Source: an uncultured delta proteobacterium
GTDB taxonomy: Bacteria; Myxococcota; Myxococcia; Myxococcales; Myxococcaceae
Reading direction: 5' to 3'
Assembly: GCA_963713045.1 (NCBI GenBank)
Contig: CAVQKE010000001.1
Coordinates: 128,001-192,000 of the forward strand
Length of the DNA: 64,000 nucleotides
Part shown: positions 40,015 through 49,255 of the stretch, in pieces
Numbering within the stretch: position 1 is the stretch's first letter
How the letters are laid out: the number at the start of each line of letters is the position of its first letter
Translations under genes and position numbers: made by a program
Notes under the pieces: generated by a model
Databases searched by the model: none
What the model was told of the DNA's origin: nothing
The model's input: only the letters and a program-made list of their open reading frames with translations

Positions 40015-41064
40015 TCAGGTGTCCGCCTGCGCTGCGCGTCCCAGCACCGCTTGGGCGACGCGCAGCTGTTCCACAATGTGTTCGGCGTCCGGGACGGTGC
40101 GCAGGGCAAGCCCGCACGCTGGCGTCAACACCGAGTGCGCGACCGCGGCGCGTGCCGCCCGGGCACCCAGCACCGATTCGAGAGACGTCTCGGCGGCCGC
40201 CGCCAATTCTTCCACCGAGGCCTCCTCGCCCAAGTCGGTCGGTACGACTCCCAGGGACAGCGCGCCGCCGCCGCGGAGGTAGGCCTCCAAGGGCCCGGGC
40301 ACGTCGAGCAGGGCGTCCAAGGAGAGGCGCACGTCAAAGGAAAGCAAGTCCAACCCCAACTCCAACAGGGCTTCCCAGCGGGTGTTGCCGCAGCAGTGCA
40401 GCCCCACCAGCGCGCCCTCGCGCTGCAGCGCGACGATGAGGAGGCGCAGCTCCTGCAGCATGAGGAGGTGCCGGCCCTCGCGGGTGTCCAGGGCGTAGAG
40501 CCCGGGCTCGTCCAGGTAGAAGAGGGGGGTGGCACCGGCCGCCCGCAGGGCCTTCACCATGGCCAAGCAACGGGCCAACAGCAGGCGGAAGACTTGGCGG
40601 TCCAGCGCCGGGTGTTGCGTGATTGGCCCACCGCTGTCGAGCTGCGTTCCCCAGCGGACGGTGGCCGGTCCGGCCAGCTGGGCCTTGGCCAGCGCCAGGT
40701 GACGGTGCTGCACTTCCCACAGGAAGGGTAGCCAGGCACGCCGCGCCGAGGCGGAGGGCTCGAAGGCGGACAGCTGGCCCGAGGCCAGCGCCGCGTCGAG
40801 CGGGGCGGCGAAGGCGGCGGCGCCGGCCTCCCACGCGCCGAGCGCGACGGTACACATGCCCTGCGCGTCGAAGGAGAGGCCGGGGAGGCCTTCCAGCGCC
40901 GAGGCCATCATGAATTCGCCCGGGTTGTCCGCCGGAAGCTCCGGGAGAAAGGGCACGTCCACTTGGAAGGCAAGCTGCAGCCCGAGTTCGCTTTGGGTGT
41001 GCGGCAGGCTGCCAATGCCGGTGGTGGCCCGAGGCGGCAACAGCGCAAGCGCGGCGCGCGACAA
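40015..41064 (-). CDS. Single-barrel core methionine-synthase-like protein (MetE catalytic-domain family, MesB-like)
   Basis: TTGIGSLPH, PELP, KAQLAGP, LDEP; probable Zn ligands LHCC...SFD...TPACGL; lacks the N-terminal MetE barrel. Confidence 0.78.
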   Translation of the reverse strand: MSRAALALLPPRATTGIGSLPHTQSELGLQLAFQVDVPFLPELPADNPGEFMMASALEGLPGLSFDAQGMCTVALGAWEAGAAAFAAPLDAALASGQLSAFEPSASARRAWLPFLWEVQHRHLALAKAQLAGPATVRWGTQLDSGGPITQHPALDRQVFRLLLARCLAMVKALRAAGATPLFYLDEPGLYALDTREGRHLLMLQELRLLIVALQREGALVGLHCCGNTRWEALLELGLDLLSFDVRLSLDALLDVPGPLEAYLRGGGALSLGVVPTDLGEEASVEELAAAAETSLESVLGARAARAAVAHSVLTPACGLALRTVPDAEHIVEQLRVAQAVLGRAAQADT

Positions 41065-41118
41065 GGTGGTGGGACCTCGCTTCGTCCGACGACAGCCCTG
41101 GGGGACAGGGAGGTGGAG

Positions 41119-44100
41119 TTAAGCCACCGAGAAGTAGAACGCGTCTGGGTGGTGGAATGCCAGGGCGGACACCGAGGCCTCGGGCTCCATCATGCAGCCG
41201 TCGGTGAGCTCCACGCCGACCTCCTCCGGGCGAAGGACAGCGAAGAGCTGCGCTTGGTCCTCCAGGCGCGGGCAGGCCGGGTAGCCAAAGGAGTAGCGCT
41301 TGCCCTGGTACTCGGCACGAAAGCGCTCCAGCATGCTGAGGCCGGGCGCGTCGGGAAAGCCCCACATGCTGCGCAGCCGGGAGTGGAGGAGCTCGGCGTA
41401 GGCCTCGGCCGTCTCCAGCGCCAGCGCCTGGACGGCGTGCATTTGTAGGAAGCGTCCTTCGGCTTTGAATTGCTCGCTCAGGGCACGGATGCCGGTGCCG
41501 GCGGTCACCACGAAGAGGCAGACGTTGTCGCGGGGGGCGCCTGCCTGGAGGGGAGCAGCGAAGTCCGCGAGGCAGACGCCGCCGGCGCGGGCCTGGCGGG
41601 GAAAGTCGAAGCGGGTCACTTCCTTTCCACCACTTCCGTCGAAGAGGAGGAGCGCGTTGCCGTCCGAGCCAGCCCGGAAGAATTGAAACACCGCGCGCGG
41701 CTGGAGTCGTCCGTCGCGGAGGAAGGCTTTCAAGCCGTCGATGACCTGCTTCACTTCGAGTGCCTTACGGCCCTCTTCGGTGTTGTGGAGCGCTGCCTCC
41801 CCGGCCGTTCCCAGCGCCCGCGCCACCGAGCCCTTCACGCCCAGGTGCCGCCCGTAGAGCATCACTGGGTTGACGAAGCGCCAGATGTCGTCGAGTGGCG
41901 TGCTGCTCAGCACGTGGCGCTCGAAGTCCGGAGGGGCCGGGAAGGCCTCCAGGACGCGCACCTCGGCGGAGCGCCTCGCCGGAGCGACGACCGGTGCCGG
42001 GCGGGCGACGGCCTCCGCCTTTAACGCCGCCCGGCGCACTTGGAGCTCCCCCTCGAGGACACCGCGCTCGGTGGGGTTCACCATCCGTTTGGCCAGCTCC
42101 AGCCCACTCATCGCGTCCTGGGCGTAGGCCACCGTGCCGGCGTAGGCCGGGGCGATGGACTTGTCGACGAAGTTGCGGCTCAGCGCTGCGCCGCCCACCA
42201 ACAGGGGAAGCTTCACCCCGGAGCGAGAGAGGTCTTCGGCGGTGGTCACCATCTGGTGGGCGCTCTTCACCAACAGGCCGGACAGCCCGAGGATGTCTGG
42301 CCGGTGCTCGCGCACCGCGGCCACCAGCTGCTCGGGCGGAACTTTGATGCCCAGGTTCACCACTTGGAAGCCGTTGTTGGCGAGAATAATTTCGACCAGA
42401 TTCTTCCCAATGTCGTGCACGTCCCCCTTCACCGTCGCCAGCACCACCTTGCCGCGCACCGCAGTGGTGGAGCGGTCCATTTTCGGCTCGAGGTAGCTGA
42501 CCGCCGCCTTCATCACCTCCGCGCTCTGGAGCACCTCGGCCACAATCAATTCGTTGGCGCCGAAGAGGCGGCCCACCTCGTCCATGCCGCGCATCAGGGG
42601 CCCGTTGATGACTTCCAGCGGCGTCCGGTTGGCCAAGGCAAGCTCGATGTCGGCCGTCAGCCCGTCGCGAGTTCCCTCCACCACGTAGCGGGCCAGCCGC
42701 TCGTCCAGCGGCAGCTCAGCCACCTTGGGGCGCGCCGGCCGCGCCTCGCGGAATTGCGCGGCAAAGGGCGTCACCGGGTCCAGGCCGCGGTTGTAGAGGA
42801 GGTCCTCCGCCAGCTTGCGGTCCGCCTCACCCAAGGTGGCGTAACGCTCCAACTTCTCCGCATTGACCAGGGCCATGTCCAGCCCGGCCAGCGTGCAGTG
42901 GTAGAGGAAGACCGAGTTGAGGACTTCGCGCCCGGCGACGGGCAGCCCGAAGGAGACGTTGGAGATGCCGAGCACCGTCTTGCAGCGCGGGAGCCGCTGC
43001 TTAATCAACCGCACGCCTTCGACGGTTTCCACCGCGCTGCCGGTGTACTGCGCATCCCCGGAGGCACACGGGAAGACCAGCGGGTCGAAGTAGAGGTCCT
43101 CCGGCTCCATCCCAAAGTCTCGGGTCAGCACCTCAAAGCTGCGCTCGGCGACTGCCAGCTTCCGCTCGCGCGTCACCGCCATGCCCACCTCGTCGATGCA
43201 GCCGACCACCAGCGCCGCGCCGAATTTGCGGGCCAGTGGCACCACCTTCTCGAAGCGTTCAAGCCCGTCCTCGAGATTGACGGAGTTGATGAGGGACTTG
43301 CCTTGGCAATAGGTGAGCGCCTCGGCGATGCAGCGCGCATCGGTGCTGTCAATCATCAGCGGCACCCGTACCTTCTTCACCACCACCTCCAGGAAGCGGC
43401 GCAGGTCGGCCAGTTCCTCTCGGTCGGGATTGGCCAGGCAGATGTCGATGACTTGGGCGCCCCGCTTCACCTGGGCCCGGGCCACCTCGCTCGCGTCCTC
43501 CCAGGCTTCGGAGACAATCAACCCCTTGAATTTGCGCGAACCGATGACGTTGGTTCGCTCGCCGACGATGACCGGCCGCACTTCCTCCCCCACTTCCAGG
43601 TAGTCGACGCCGGACAGCCGGGAGCGGGTTGGCGGGAGGGTCCGCCGGGGCCCAAGCCCCTGCACTGCCTGGGCGATGGCGCGGACGTGTTCCGGCCCGG
43701 TGCCGCAGCAGCCGCCGACGACGTTGAGCCAGCCCTCCTGGCAGAAGCGGCGCAGCACCCGGGCCAGCATGTCCGGGGACTCGAGGTAGTGGCCGTTTTC
43801 GTCCGGAAGCCCGGCATTGGGGACGCACCCCACCGGAAAGCGGCTGATGGCGGCCAGCGACCGAATGTGGTCGGTCATGAATTCCGGCCCGGTGGCGCAG
43901 TTGAGGCCAAGGTAGAGGAGCTCGGCCTGCTCCAGCGAGGTGGCCAGCGCTTCCACCGATTGGCCGGCCAGCATCGTCCCGGTGGCCTCAATGGTACCGC
44001 TGACGGCGACCGGTACCCGCTCGCCCAGCGCCTGGAAGGCGCGCTCGCAGCCGAGGAGCGCCGCCTTCACATTGCGGGTGTCCTGGGCGGTTTCGATGAG

Positions 44101-44592
44101 GAGGTAGTCCACCCCGCCCGCCACCAGCCCCTGGGCCTGGACGCTAAAGGTGTCGACCAGGCCCTCGAAGGTGACGCCGCCGGTGACGCTGATGGCCTTG
44201 GTGGTGGGGCCGATGCTGCCCGCCACCCAGCGGGGGCGGCCGTCCTCGGCCTCGACGGCAGCCGCGGCTTCGCGGGCCAGCTCCGCCGCCCGGGCGTTGA
44301 GGGCGTGCGCCTGGTTGGCCAGGCCATACTCGGCCAGCACCAGCGGCGTTCCGCCGAAGGTGTCCGTCTCGGCCACGTCCGCCCCGGCGCGGAAGTAGGC
44401 GATGTGGATGTCGCGGATGAGGTCGGGCCGACTGAAGACGAGGTTTTCATTGCAGCCTTCGAGTTCCGGGCCCCCGAAGTCCGCAGCCTTCAGGTTTTTG
44501 GATTGGATGTAGGTGCCCATCGCCCCGTCGAGGACAAGGAGCCGCGTTGCCAGGCCGCCCTTCAACCCGGCGATGCGCTGGGCGCGGCTCAC
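41119..44592 (-). CDS. metH: Cobalamin-dependent methionine synthase
   Basis: LDGAMGT, GLNCATGP, GGCCGT, GERTN, GDVHDIGKN, SGLL and RYSFGYPACP; all four modules present. Confidence 0.96.
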   Translation of the reverse strand: MSRAQRIAGLKGGLATRLLVLDGAMGTYIQSKNLKAADFGGPELEGCNENLVFSRPDLIRDIHIAYFRAGADVAETDTFGGTPLVLAEYGLANQAHALNARAAELAREAAAAVEAEDGRPRWVAGSIGPTTKAISVTGGVTFEGLVDTFSVQAQGLVAGGVDYLLIETAQDTRNVKAALLGCERAFQALGERVPVAVSGTIEATGTMLAGQSVEALATSLEQAELLYLGLNCATGPEFMTDHIRSLAAISRFPVGCVPNAGLPDENGHYLESPDMLARVLRRFCQEGWLNVVGGCCGTGPEHVRAIAQAVQGLGPRRTLPPTRSRLSGVDYLEVGEEVRPVIVGERTNVIGSRKFKGLIVSEAWEDASEVARAQVKRGAQVIDICLANPDREELADLRRFLEVVVKKVRVPLMIDSTDARCIAEALTYCQGKSLINSVNLEDGLERFEKVVPLARKFGAALVVGCIDEVGMAVTRERKLAVAERSFEVLTRDFGMEPEDLYFDPLVFPCASGDAQYTGSAVETVEGVRLIKQRLPRCKTVLGISNVSFGLPVAGREVLNSVFLYHCTLAGLDMALVNAEKLERYATLGEADRKLAEDLLYNRGLDPVTPFAAQFREARPARPKVAELPLDERLARYVVEGTRDGLTADIELALANRTPLEVINGPLMRGMDEVGRLFGANELIVAEVLQSAEVMKAAVSYLEPKMDRSTTAVRGKVVLATVKGDVHDIGKNLVEIILANNGFQVVNLGIKVPPEQLVAAVREHRPDILGLSGLLVKSAHQMVTTAEDLSRSGVKLPLLVGGAALSRNFVDKSIAPAYAGTVAYAQDAMSGLELAKRMVNPTERGVLEGELQVRRAALKAEAVARPAPVVAPARRSAEVRVLEAFPAPPDFERHVLSSTPLDDIWRFVNPVMLYGRHLGVKGSVARALGTAGEAALHNTEEGRKALEVKQVIDGLKAFLRDGRLQPRAVFQFFRAGSDGNALLLFDGSGGKEVTRFDFPRQARAGGVCLADFAAPLQAGAPRDNVCLFVVTAGTGIRALSEQFKAEGRFLQMHAVQALALETAEAYAELLHSRLRSMWGFPDAPGLSMLERFRAEYQGKRYSFGYPACPRLEDQAQLFAVLRPEEVGVELTDGCMMEPEASVSALAFHHPDAFYFSVA

Positions 44593-45482
44593 CTTTTTTC
44601 TCCGGTGAGGAGAAAGACGCGAAACGGCGAGGTGGCCTCCCGGGGGTGCACCTGACGACCGAGGGCGCTGAAGCCGGCGCGCTTGAGACTGGCCTCAAGC
44701 CGAGGCGGGCTGAAGCCGAGGTGGCGGTGGCCGAGGCGCTCCCGCACCCACGTCTCCTCGTGCACCATCAGTTCCAGCACCACCAGCTTCCCCTTGGGCC
44801 GCAGCAGCCGCGCTGCTTCCCGCAGCACCGCGTCCGGCTCCTCCACATGGTGCAGACTCTGCGACAGCACCACCAAGTCCAGGCTGCTTGCCTCCAGCGA
44901 CAGCGCATGGAGGTCCTCCCGGACGAAGTGGATGTTGCGCACCCCCTCCCGGCGCGCCCGGGCCCGCGCTTGGGCCAGGGCCTCGGGGTTTTGGTCGATG
45001 GCCACCACCGTCCGGGCCCACCGGGCCAACGACACGCTGAGGACGCCCGAGCCACAGCCAAAGTCCGCCACGTCCAGCGCCGGCAGCAGCGAGGCGAGCG
45101 CTGAGCTCCAGAGAAACCAGGACTGCCCGGGCTCCAGCAGGCGCTCGTTGAGCACCGTCCGGTCCAGGCGCTGGCGCATCAAGTCGGTCAGCCGGGCCTG
45201 GTCGCCGCTGACGTCCTCGGCTTCGCAGGCCAGGCGGATGAGGGGCCAGTGCAAGTCCTCGGCGTCCACCGCCAAGGAATAGTAGGTGAAGCCCGCGGCC
45301 CGCTCCTCGCGCACCAGGCCCAGCTGCCGCAGCTTGCTCAAATGGTGGCTGACGCTGGACTGGGCCACCCCGACCACCGAGACCAGCTCGCTCACGTTGA
45401 GCGGTGCCGCCGCAAGAAGCCGCAACAGCCGGAGCCGCGTCGGGTCTCCGAGGGCGCGAAAGGACTGGGAGAGCGCCTCCAT
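44589..45482 (-). CDS. ArsR-family regulator fused to a SAM-binding methyltransferase-like domain (SahR-type)
   Basis: FRALGDPTRLRLL...QSSVSHHL HTH; VADFGCGSG...LHHVEEP...LRPKG; overlaps the metH start. Confidence 0.88.
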   Translation of the reverse strand: MEALSQSFRALGDPTRLRLLRLLAAAPLNVSELVSVVGVAQSSVSHHLSKLRQLGLVREERAAGFTYYSLAVDAEDLHWPLIRLACEAEDVSGDQARLTDLMRQRLDRTVLNERLLEPGQSWFLWSSALASLLPALDVADFGCGSGVLSVSLARWARTVVAIDQNPEALAQARARARREGVRNIHFVREDLHALSLEASSLDLVVLSQSLHHVEEPDAVLREAARLLRPKGKLVVLELMVHEETWVRERLGHRHLGFSPPRLEASLKRAGFSALGRQVHPREATSPFRVFLLTGEKR

Positions 45483-45506
45483 ATCGACAGATGCTCATAT
45501 GTCGAT
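45483..45506. promoter_or_regulatory. Palindromic operator abutting the regulator start codon
   Basis: ATCGACA-G-ATG-CT-CAT-A-TGTCGAT, an AT-rich dyad immediately 5' of the ATG. Confidence 0.7.
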
Positions 45507-45591
45507 TCTTTGCGTCGCACAACCCAGGGCGCGCGAGCGGCCTTCTGGGGGGCACCCGGGGGGGGCGAATGGGACGACGTCTTGGGGGGCG

Positions 45592-46038
45592 TCAGCCGCG
45601 GCTGCGACGGCGGTGCTCCACCAAAAGGCAGCGGTCCTGGACCACGTCAATGCCCGCAGCGGCCAGCGTGTCCGCCACCGCGTCATTGCGAATGCCCAGC
45701 TGAAACCACACCGCCTTGGGCCGTTTGGCCAGCAAGTCAGCCAGGTGTTGCTCGAGGTCCACCGGGCGTCGGAAGACGTCCACCAAGTCAATGTCGCCGG
45801 GAATGTCCTGCAGGCGCCGGTACACCTTCTGGCCGAGAATTTCTGTCGTCTCCGGGTAGTAAACGGGGACTGGAATCACCTCCAAGCCCGCCCGAAGCAG
45901 GTACTCCGGCACGTCGAAGGCGGGCTGCCCGGCCTGGGCCTCGGTTTTCATGCCGAGGACGGCAATGCGCCGCGAGCGCTTCACCACCTCGGCAATGCCG
46001 GCGTCGGTCTCAATGCGGTGCGGCGAAAGCTGGCTCAT
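45592..46038 (-). CDS. CoA-binding protein (YccU-like)
   Basis: RIAVLG, IPVPV, ILGQKVY, IDLVDVFR, AVWFQLGI and VQDRC motifs. Confidence 0.88.
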   Translation of the reverse strand: MSQLSPHRIETDAGIAEVVKRSRRIAVLGMKTEAQAGQPAFDVPEYLLRAGLEVIPVPVYYPETTEILGQKVYRRLQDIPGDIDLVDVFRRPVDLEQHLADLLAKRPKAVWFQLGIRNDAVADTLAAAGIDVVQDRCLLVEHRRRSRG

Positions 46039-46177
46039 GAGGCGACACCTCCCCGGGAGGCTGCCTACATAGCTGGCCGGGCGCCCCGGCCGCACGCCAT
46101 TCGCGCCCAGCGTTGTCGAAACTCACCCACAGTGCTGGCGACTTGCGAAGGGCTTGCAAGGGCGGACCGAGCTGAGC

Positions 46178-47032
46178 ATGAGCAGAGGCGTGAAGACCCT
46201 GCACCTGAGTCATGCCCGCGCCCGGGAGCTTCTGGGCCACGCGCTGAAAGCTGGCCCGGCGCGCCTGGACTGGGCCGCCTGTGCGGTCGCTTCCCTCGTC
46301 GACGACGCCTTTGAGGTGGACGCCGTGGAGGCGACGCTCGACGCGCTGGGCCGCCGCGTCGAGAAGTGGCTTCCGGCGCAAGCCGACGTCCCGGCCCAGC
46401 TGGGAGCCCTGCGCCGGGTGTTGGTCGAGGAGGAGGGCTTCACCGGCAACGCCGCGTTGGACGACGCGCCGGAAAGCAGCGCGCTGCACCACGTGCTGGT
46501 GCGCAAGACTGGGCTGCCCATTGCCCTCTCGGTGGTCTACCTGGAGGTGGCCCGACGGGCCGGCGTCCCGCTGGTGGGCGTGTCCTTCCCGGCCCACTTC
46601 CTGGTGGCCACCCCGGGCCCCGGCGAGCGCCTGGTCCTCGACCCCTTCAACCAGGGGCGGCTGCTCAGCGGGAATAGCTGCGAGGAGCTGTTGGCCAAGG
46701 TGGCCCCGGCGGTGCGCTTCTCCCCGCGCCTTCTGTCGGCCGCCTCGGTGCCCACCATCGTCACCCGCATGCTGAGCAACCTGAAGCGCTCCTACCTTTC
46801 CACGGGGGACGGGGAGCGCGCCCTGGCGGTGGTGGACTTGCTGCTGGTGTTGGCCCCGGACCATCCCGGGGAGCTGCGGGTGCGGGCCGGCATCCTCTCC
46901 GCCTTGGGCGCCTACCAGGCGGCGTTGGCGGACGTCGAAAGGTGTCTGGAACTGTCCCCGGACGCGCCGGACCAGCGCAACCTGCGGCTGGCAGCCCGGA
47001 CCTTGAAGCAGCGCGTGGATTACCTGAACTGA
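46178..47032 (+). CDS. SirB1/transglutaminase-like protein with C-terminal TPR
   Basis: GFTGN, VLVRKTGLPIALSVVY, FPAHFLV, DPFNQG and RMLSNLK motifs. Confidence 0.85.
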   Translation: MSRGVKTLHLSHARARELLGHALKAGPARLDWAACAVASLVDDAFEVDAVEATLDALGRRVEKWLPAQADVPAQLGALRRVLVEEEGFTGNAALDDAPESSALHHVLVRKTGLPIALSVVYLEVARRAGVPLVGVSFPAHFLVATPGPGERLVLDPFNQGRLLSGNSCEELLAKVAPAVRFSPRLLSAASVPTIVTRMLSNLKRSYLSTGDGERALAVVDLLLVLAPDHPGELRVRAGILSALGAYQAALADVERCLELSPDAPDQRNLRLAARTLKQRVDYLN

Positions 47033-47053
47033 CGACGGCCTCGAGGCCCCCTT

Positions 47054-47608
47054 TTGGACGAATCCATCCCCAAGGCCTGGAGACGTCTAGAGAAGGGGGA
47101 GGAGCACGACTTCACCATCCTCCGCGTCCGCGAGGACAGCTACCTTGACCCCCGCGATGGCACCGTCCACCCGCGGCTGCACTTCAGCGCGCCGGACTGG
47201 GTGAATGTGCTGGCCCTCACCCCCCAGCGCGAGGCCCTGCTGGTGCGCCAATTCCGCTTCGGCGTGCAGGCCACCACCTTGGAGATTCCGGGGGGCATGG
47301 TGGACCCCGGAGAGACGCCAGCCGCGGCAGCAGCCCGCGAGCTCGAGGAGGAGACCGGCTTCGGTGCAGCGCGCTGGACGTCACTTGGCACGGTCCACCC
47401 CAACCCAGCCCTCCAAGACAACCACTGCCACAGCTACCTCGCCTTGGGCTGTGAGCCGCTGGCCAACGCCCGCCCCCAGGCGGACGAGGACATTCAACTG
47501 GTGCGCGTTCCGGCCGATACCCTCCAGCGCCTCATCGCAACGGGCGAAATTACCCACGCCCTGGTGGTGAACGCCGTGTACTTCGCCGTGCGCGCCGGGG
47601 CGCTTTGA
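47054..47608 (+). CDS. NUDIX hydrolase (ADP-ribose pyrophosphatase-like)
   Basis: Nudix box GGMVDPGETPAAAAARELEEETG; RQFR. Confidence 0.9.
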   Translation: MDESIPKAWRRLEKGEEHDFTILRVREDSYLDPRDGTVHPRLHFSAPDWVNVLALTPQREALLVRQFRFGVQATTLEIPGGMVDPGETPAAAAARELEEETGFGAARWTSLGTVHPNPALQDNHCHSYLALGCEPLANARPQADEDIQLVRVPADTLQRLIATGEITHALVVNAVYFAVRAGAL

Positions 47609-48077
47609 GGGGGCGGCGGGGGGCGGAGCGCTTGGCTTTGGAAGGCGTGCGGCTCCAGGTCCCACTGCGACCGCCGGCCTTGTGCTGTAGCTGCAGCGAC
47701 TCCAGCACCATGCCCCGGTCGACGCTTTTGCACATGTCGTAGACGGTGAGCGCGGCGGCAGCCGCAGCGGTGAGGGCCTCCATCTCCACCCCGGTGCGGT
47801 CCACCGTCCGCACCTCGGTCCGCACGTCCACCCCCGCGCCGCGCGTCCACACCTGCACCTCCACCGCGGACAGGGCAATGGGGTGGCACAGCGGCACCAG
47901 GTCCGGTGTGCGTTTGGCCGCCATCACGCCTGCCAATTGAGCGGCGGCCAGCACGTCCCCCTTCTCCAGGTTGCCCTTCACAATGCGCCGCGCGGTGGAA
48001 GACTTCATCCGTAGCCGGGCGGTGGCCACCGCCACCCGCTCGGTCTTCGGCTTTCCGCCGACGTCCACCATTCTCAT
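47550..48077 (-). CDS. moaC: Cyclic pyranopterin monophosphate synthase
   Basis: MVDVGGK, KGDVL, PLCHP, TGVEMEAL, YDMCKSVD and KAGGRSG motifs; 3' end overlaps the convergent NUDIX gene. Confidence 0.93.
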   Translation of the reverse strand: MRMVDVGGKPKTERVAVATARLRMKSSTARRIVKGNLEKGDVLAAAQLAGVMAAKRTPDLVPLCHPIALSAVEVQVWTRGAGVDVRTEVRTVDRTGVEMEALTAAAAAALTVYDMCKSVDRGMVLESLQLQHKAGGRSGTWSRTPSKAKRSAPRRPLKAPRRARRSTRRSPPGRG

Positions 48078-49255
48078 CGGCCCACCGCCTGGAGGAGGTC
48101 CGCGGCAATGTCCTCCGGGTCCTCGAGGCCCACCGAGACACGCACCAAACTCTCCGTGATGCCGGCTTGGGCGCGCTCCTCGGCCGTCATGCGGCGCGCG
48201 GATGCCGTGGCCGGGTGCATCACCAGGGTCCCCACGTCGCCCAGGGAGGGCGCGGGCCGGGCCAGCTTCACCCGCTCCAAAAACCGAAACACCTCTGCCC
48301 GGCCACCGCCGGCAATCTCAAAGGCCACCATGCCGCCGTAGCCGTGGGGCAACAGCACTTTGGCCCGGGCGTGCTGGGGGTGCGTCGGAAGCCCTGGGTA
48401 AAGCACGCGCAAGACGCGCTCATCCTGAGCCAGCCGCTGGGCCACCGCCAAGGCGTTGGCGCTGTGGGCCCGCATCCGGACCGGCAGCGTGCGCAGGCCG
48501 CGCAGCGTCAACCAGGCCTCGAAGGGCCCGAGGATTCCCCCGTCCAGGACGCGCGCGGCGAGCAGCGGGGCAATCAGCTTCGAGGAGCCGGAGATGGTGC
48601 CTCCGGTCGCGTCGGAATGGCCATTCATCCACTTGGTGGAGGACTGGAGCGCGTAGTCCGCGCCGAGCTCCAGCGTCCGCTGCAGCACCGGCGAGCTGAA
48701 GGTGCCATCCACGGCGAAGACTGCGCCCACCGCGTGGGCGGCCCGTCCCAAGCCGGGCAGGTCCGGGACGTGGAGCAGCGGGTTGGTGACGGCCTCGGCC
48801 AACACCAAGCGCGGGGCGAGGGCGCGGATGCGCTCCGGCGCCTCGTCGTCCGAGAGGCGAAGGGCGTGCAGCTGCACCTGCGAGCGGGCGGCGAGGGCCT
48901 TGTACAGGGCCCGGGTGGCGCCATAGCCGTCGGCGGGAACGACGACGCTGTCCGAGGGCCGAAGGCCTTGAGCGTCCCACAGCGCCCGCAGCGCGGCCAT
49001 TCCACTGGCATAGGCCACTGCCGCCTCGGCCCCCTCCAATGCGGCCACCGCCTCTTCCAACAGCGCGGCGTTCTGCCCGCGGATGCGGGTGTAGACGAAG
49101 TCCTTGCCGTCCAAGGAGGCGTCCAGGTCGTCGGCAGACTCGAAATACCCCACCGAACTCAGGTGCACCGGGGGAACGAGGTCCACCGTGCGAGAGCCGC
49201 GCAGCCGGCTGCCGGCGTGGACGGCGAGGGTGTCCGGTTTGGGAGGCGCACTCAC
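48074..49255 (-). CDS. PLP-dependent trans-sulfuration enzyme (cystathionine gamma-synthase/lyase family)
   Basis: YASGMAA, EAVTNP, VDGTF, QSSTKWMNGHSD, SLGDV and RVSVGLED motifs; GTG start overlaps the trxB stop. Confidence 0.9.
   Translation of the reverse strand: MSAPPKPDTLAVHAGSRLRGSRTVDLVPPVHLSSVGYFESADDLDASLDGKDFVYTRIRGQNAALLEEAVAALEGAEAAVAYASGMAALRALWDAQGLRPSDSVVVPADGYGATRALYKALAARSQVQLHALRLSDDEAPERIRALAPRLVLAEAVTNPLLHVPDLPGLGRAAHAVGAVFAVDGTFSSPVLQRTLELGADYALQSSTKWMNGHSDATGGTISGSSKLIAPLLAARVLDGGILGPFEAWLTLRGLRTLPVRMRAHSANALAVAQRLAQDERVLRVLYPGLPTHPQHARAKVLLPHGYGGMVAFEIAGGGRAEVFRFLERVKLARPAPSLGDVGTLVMHPATASARRMTAEERAQAGITESLVRVSVGLEDPEDIAADLLQAVGR

Noticed and set aside
42040..44655. 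Long antisense ORFs (for example 871 aa opposite metH; also opposite selD, the rlmI-like gene, liv and TPR genes)
   Set aside because: Typical shadow ORFs of high-GC coding strands, with no motifs.
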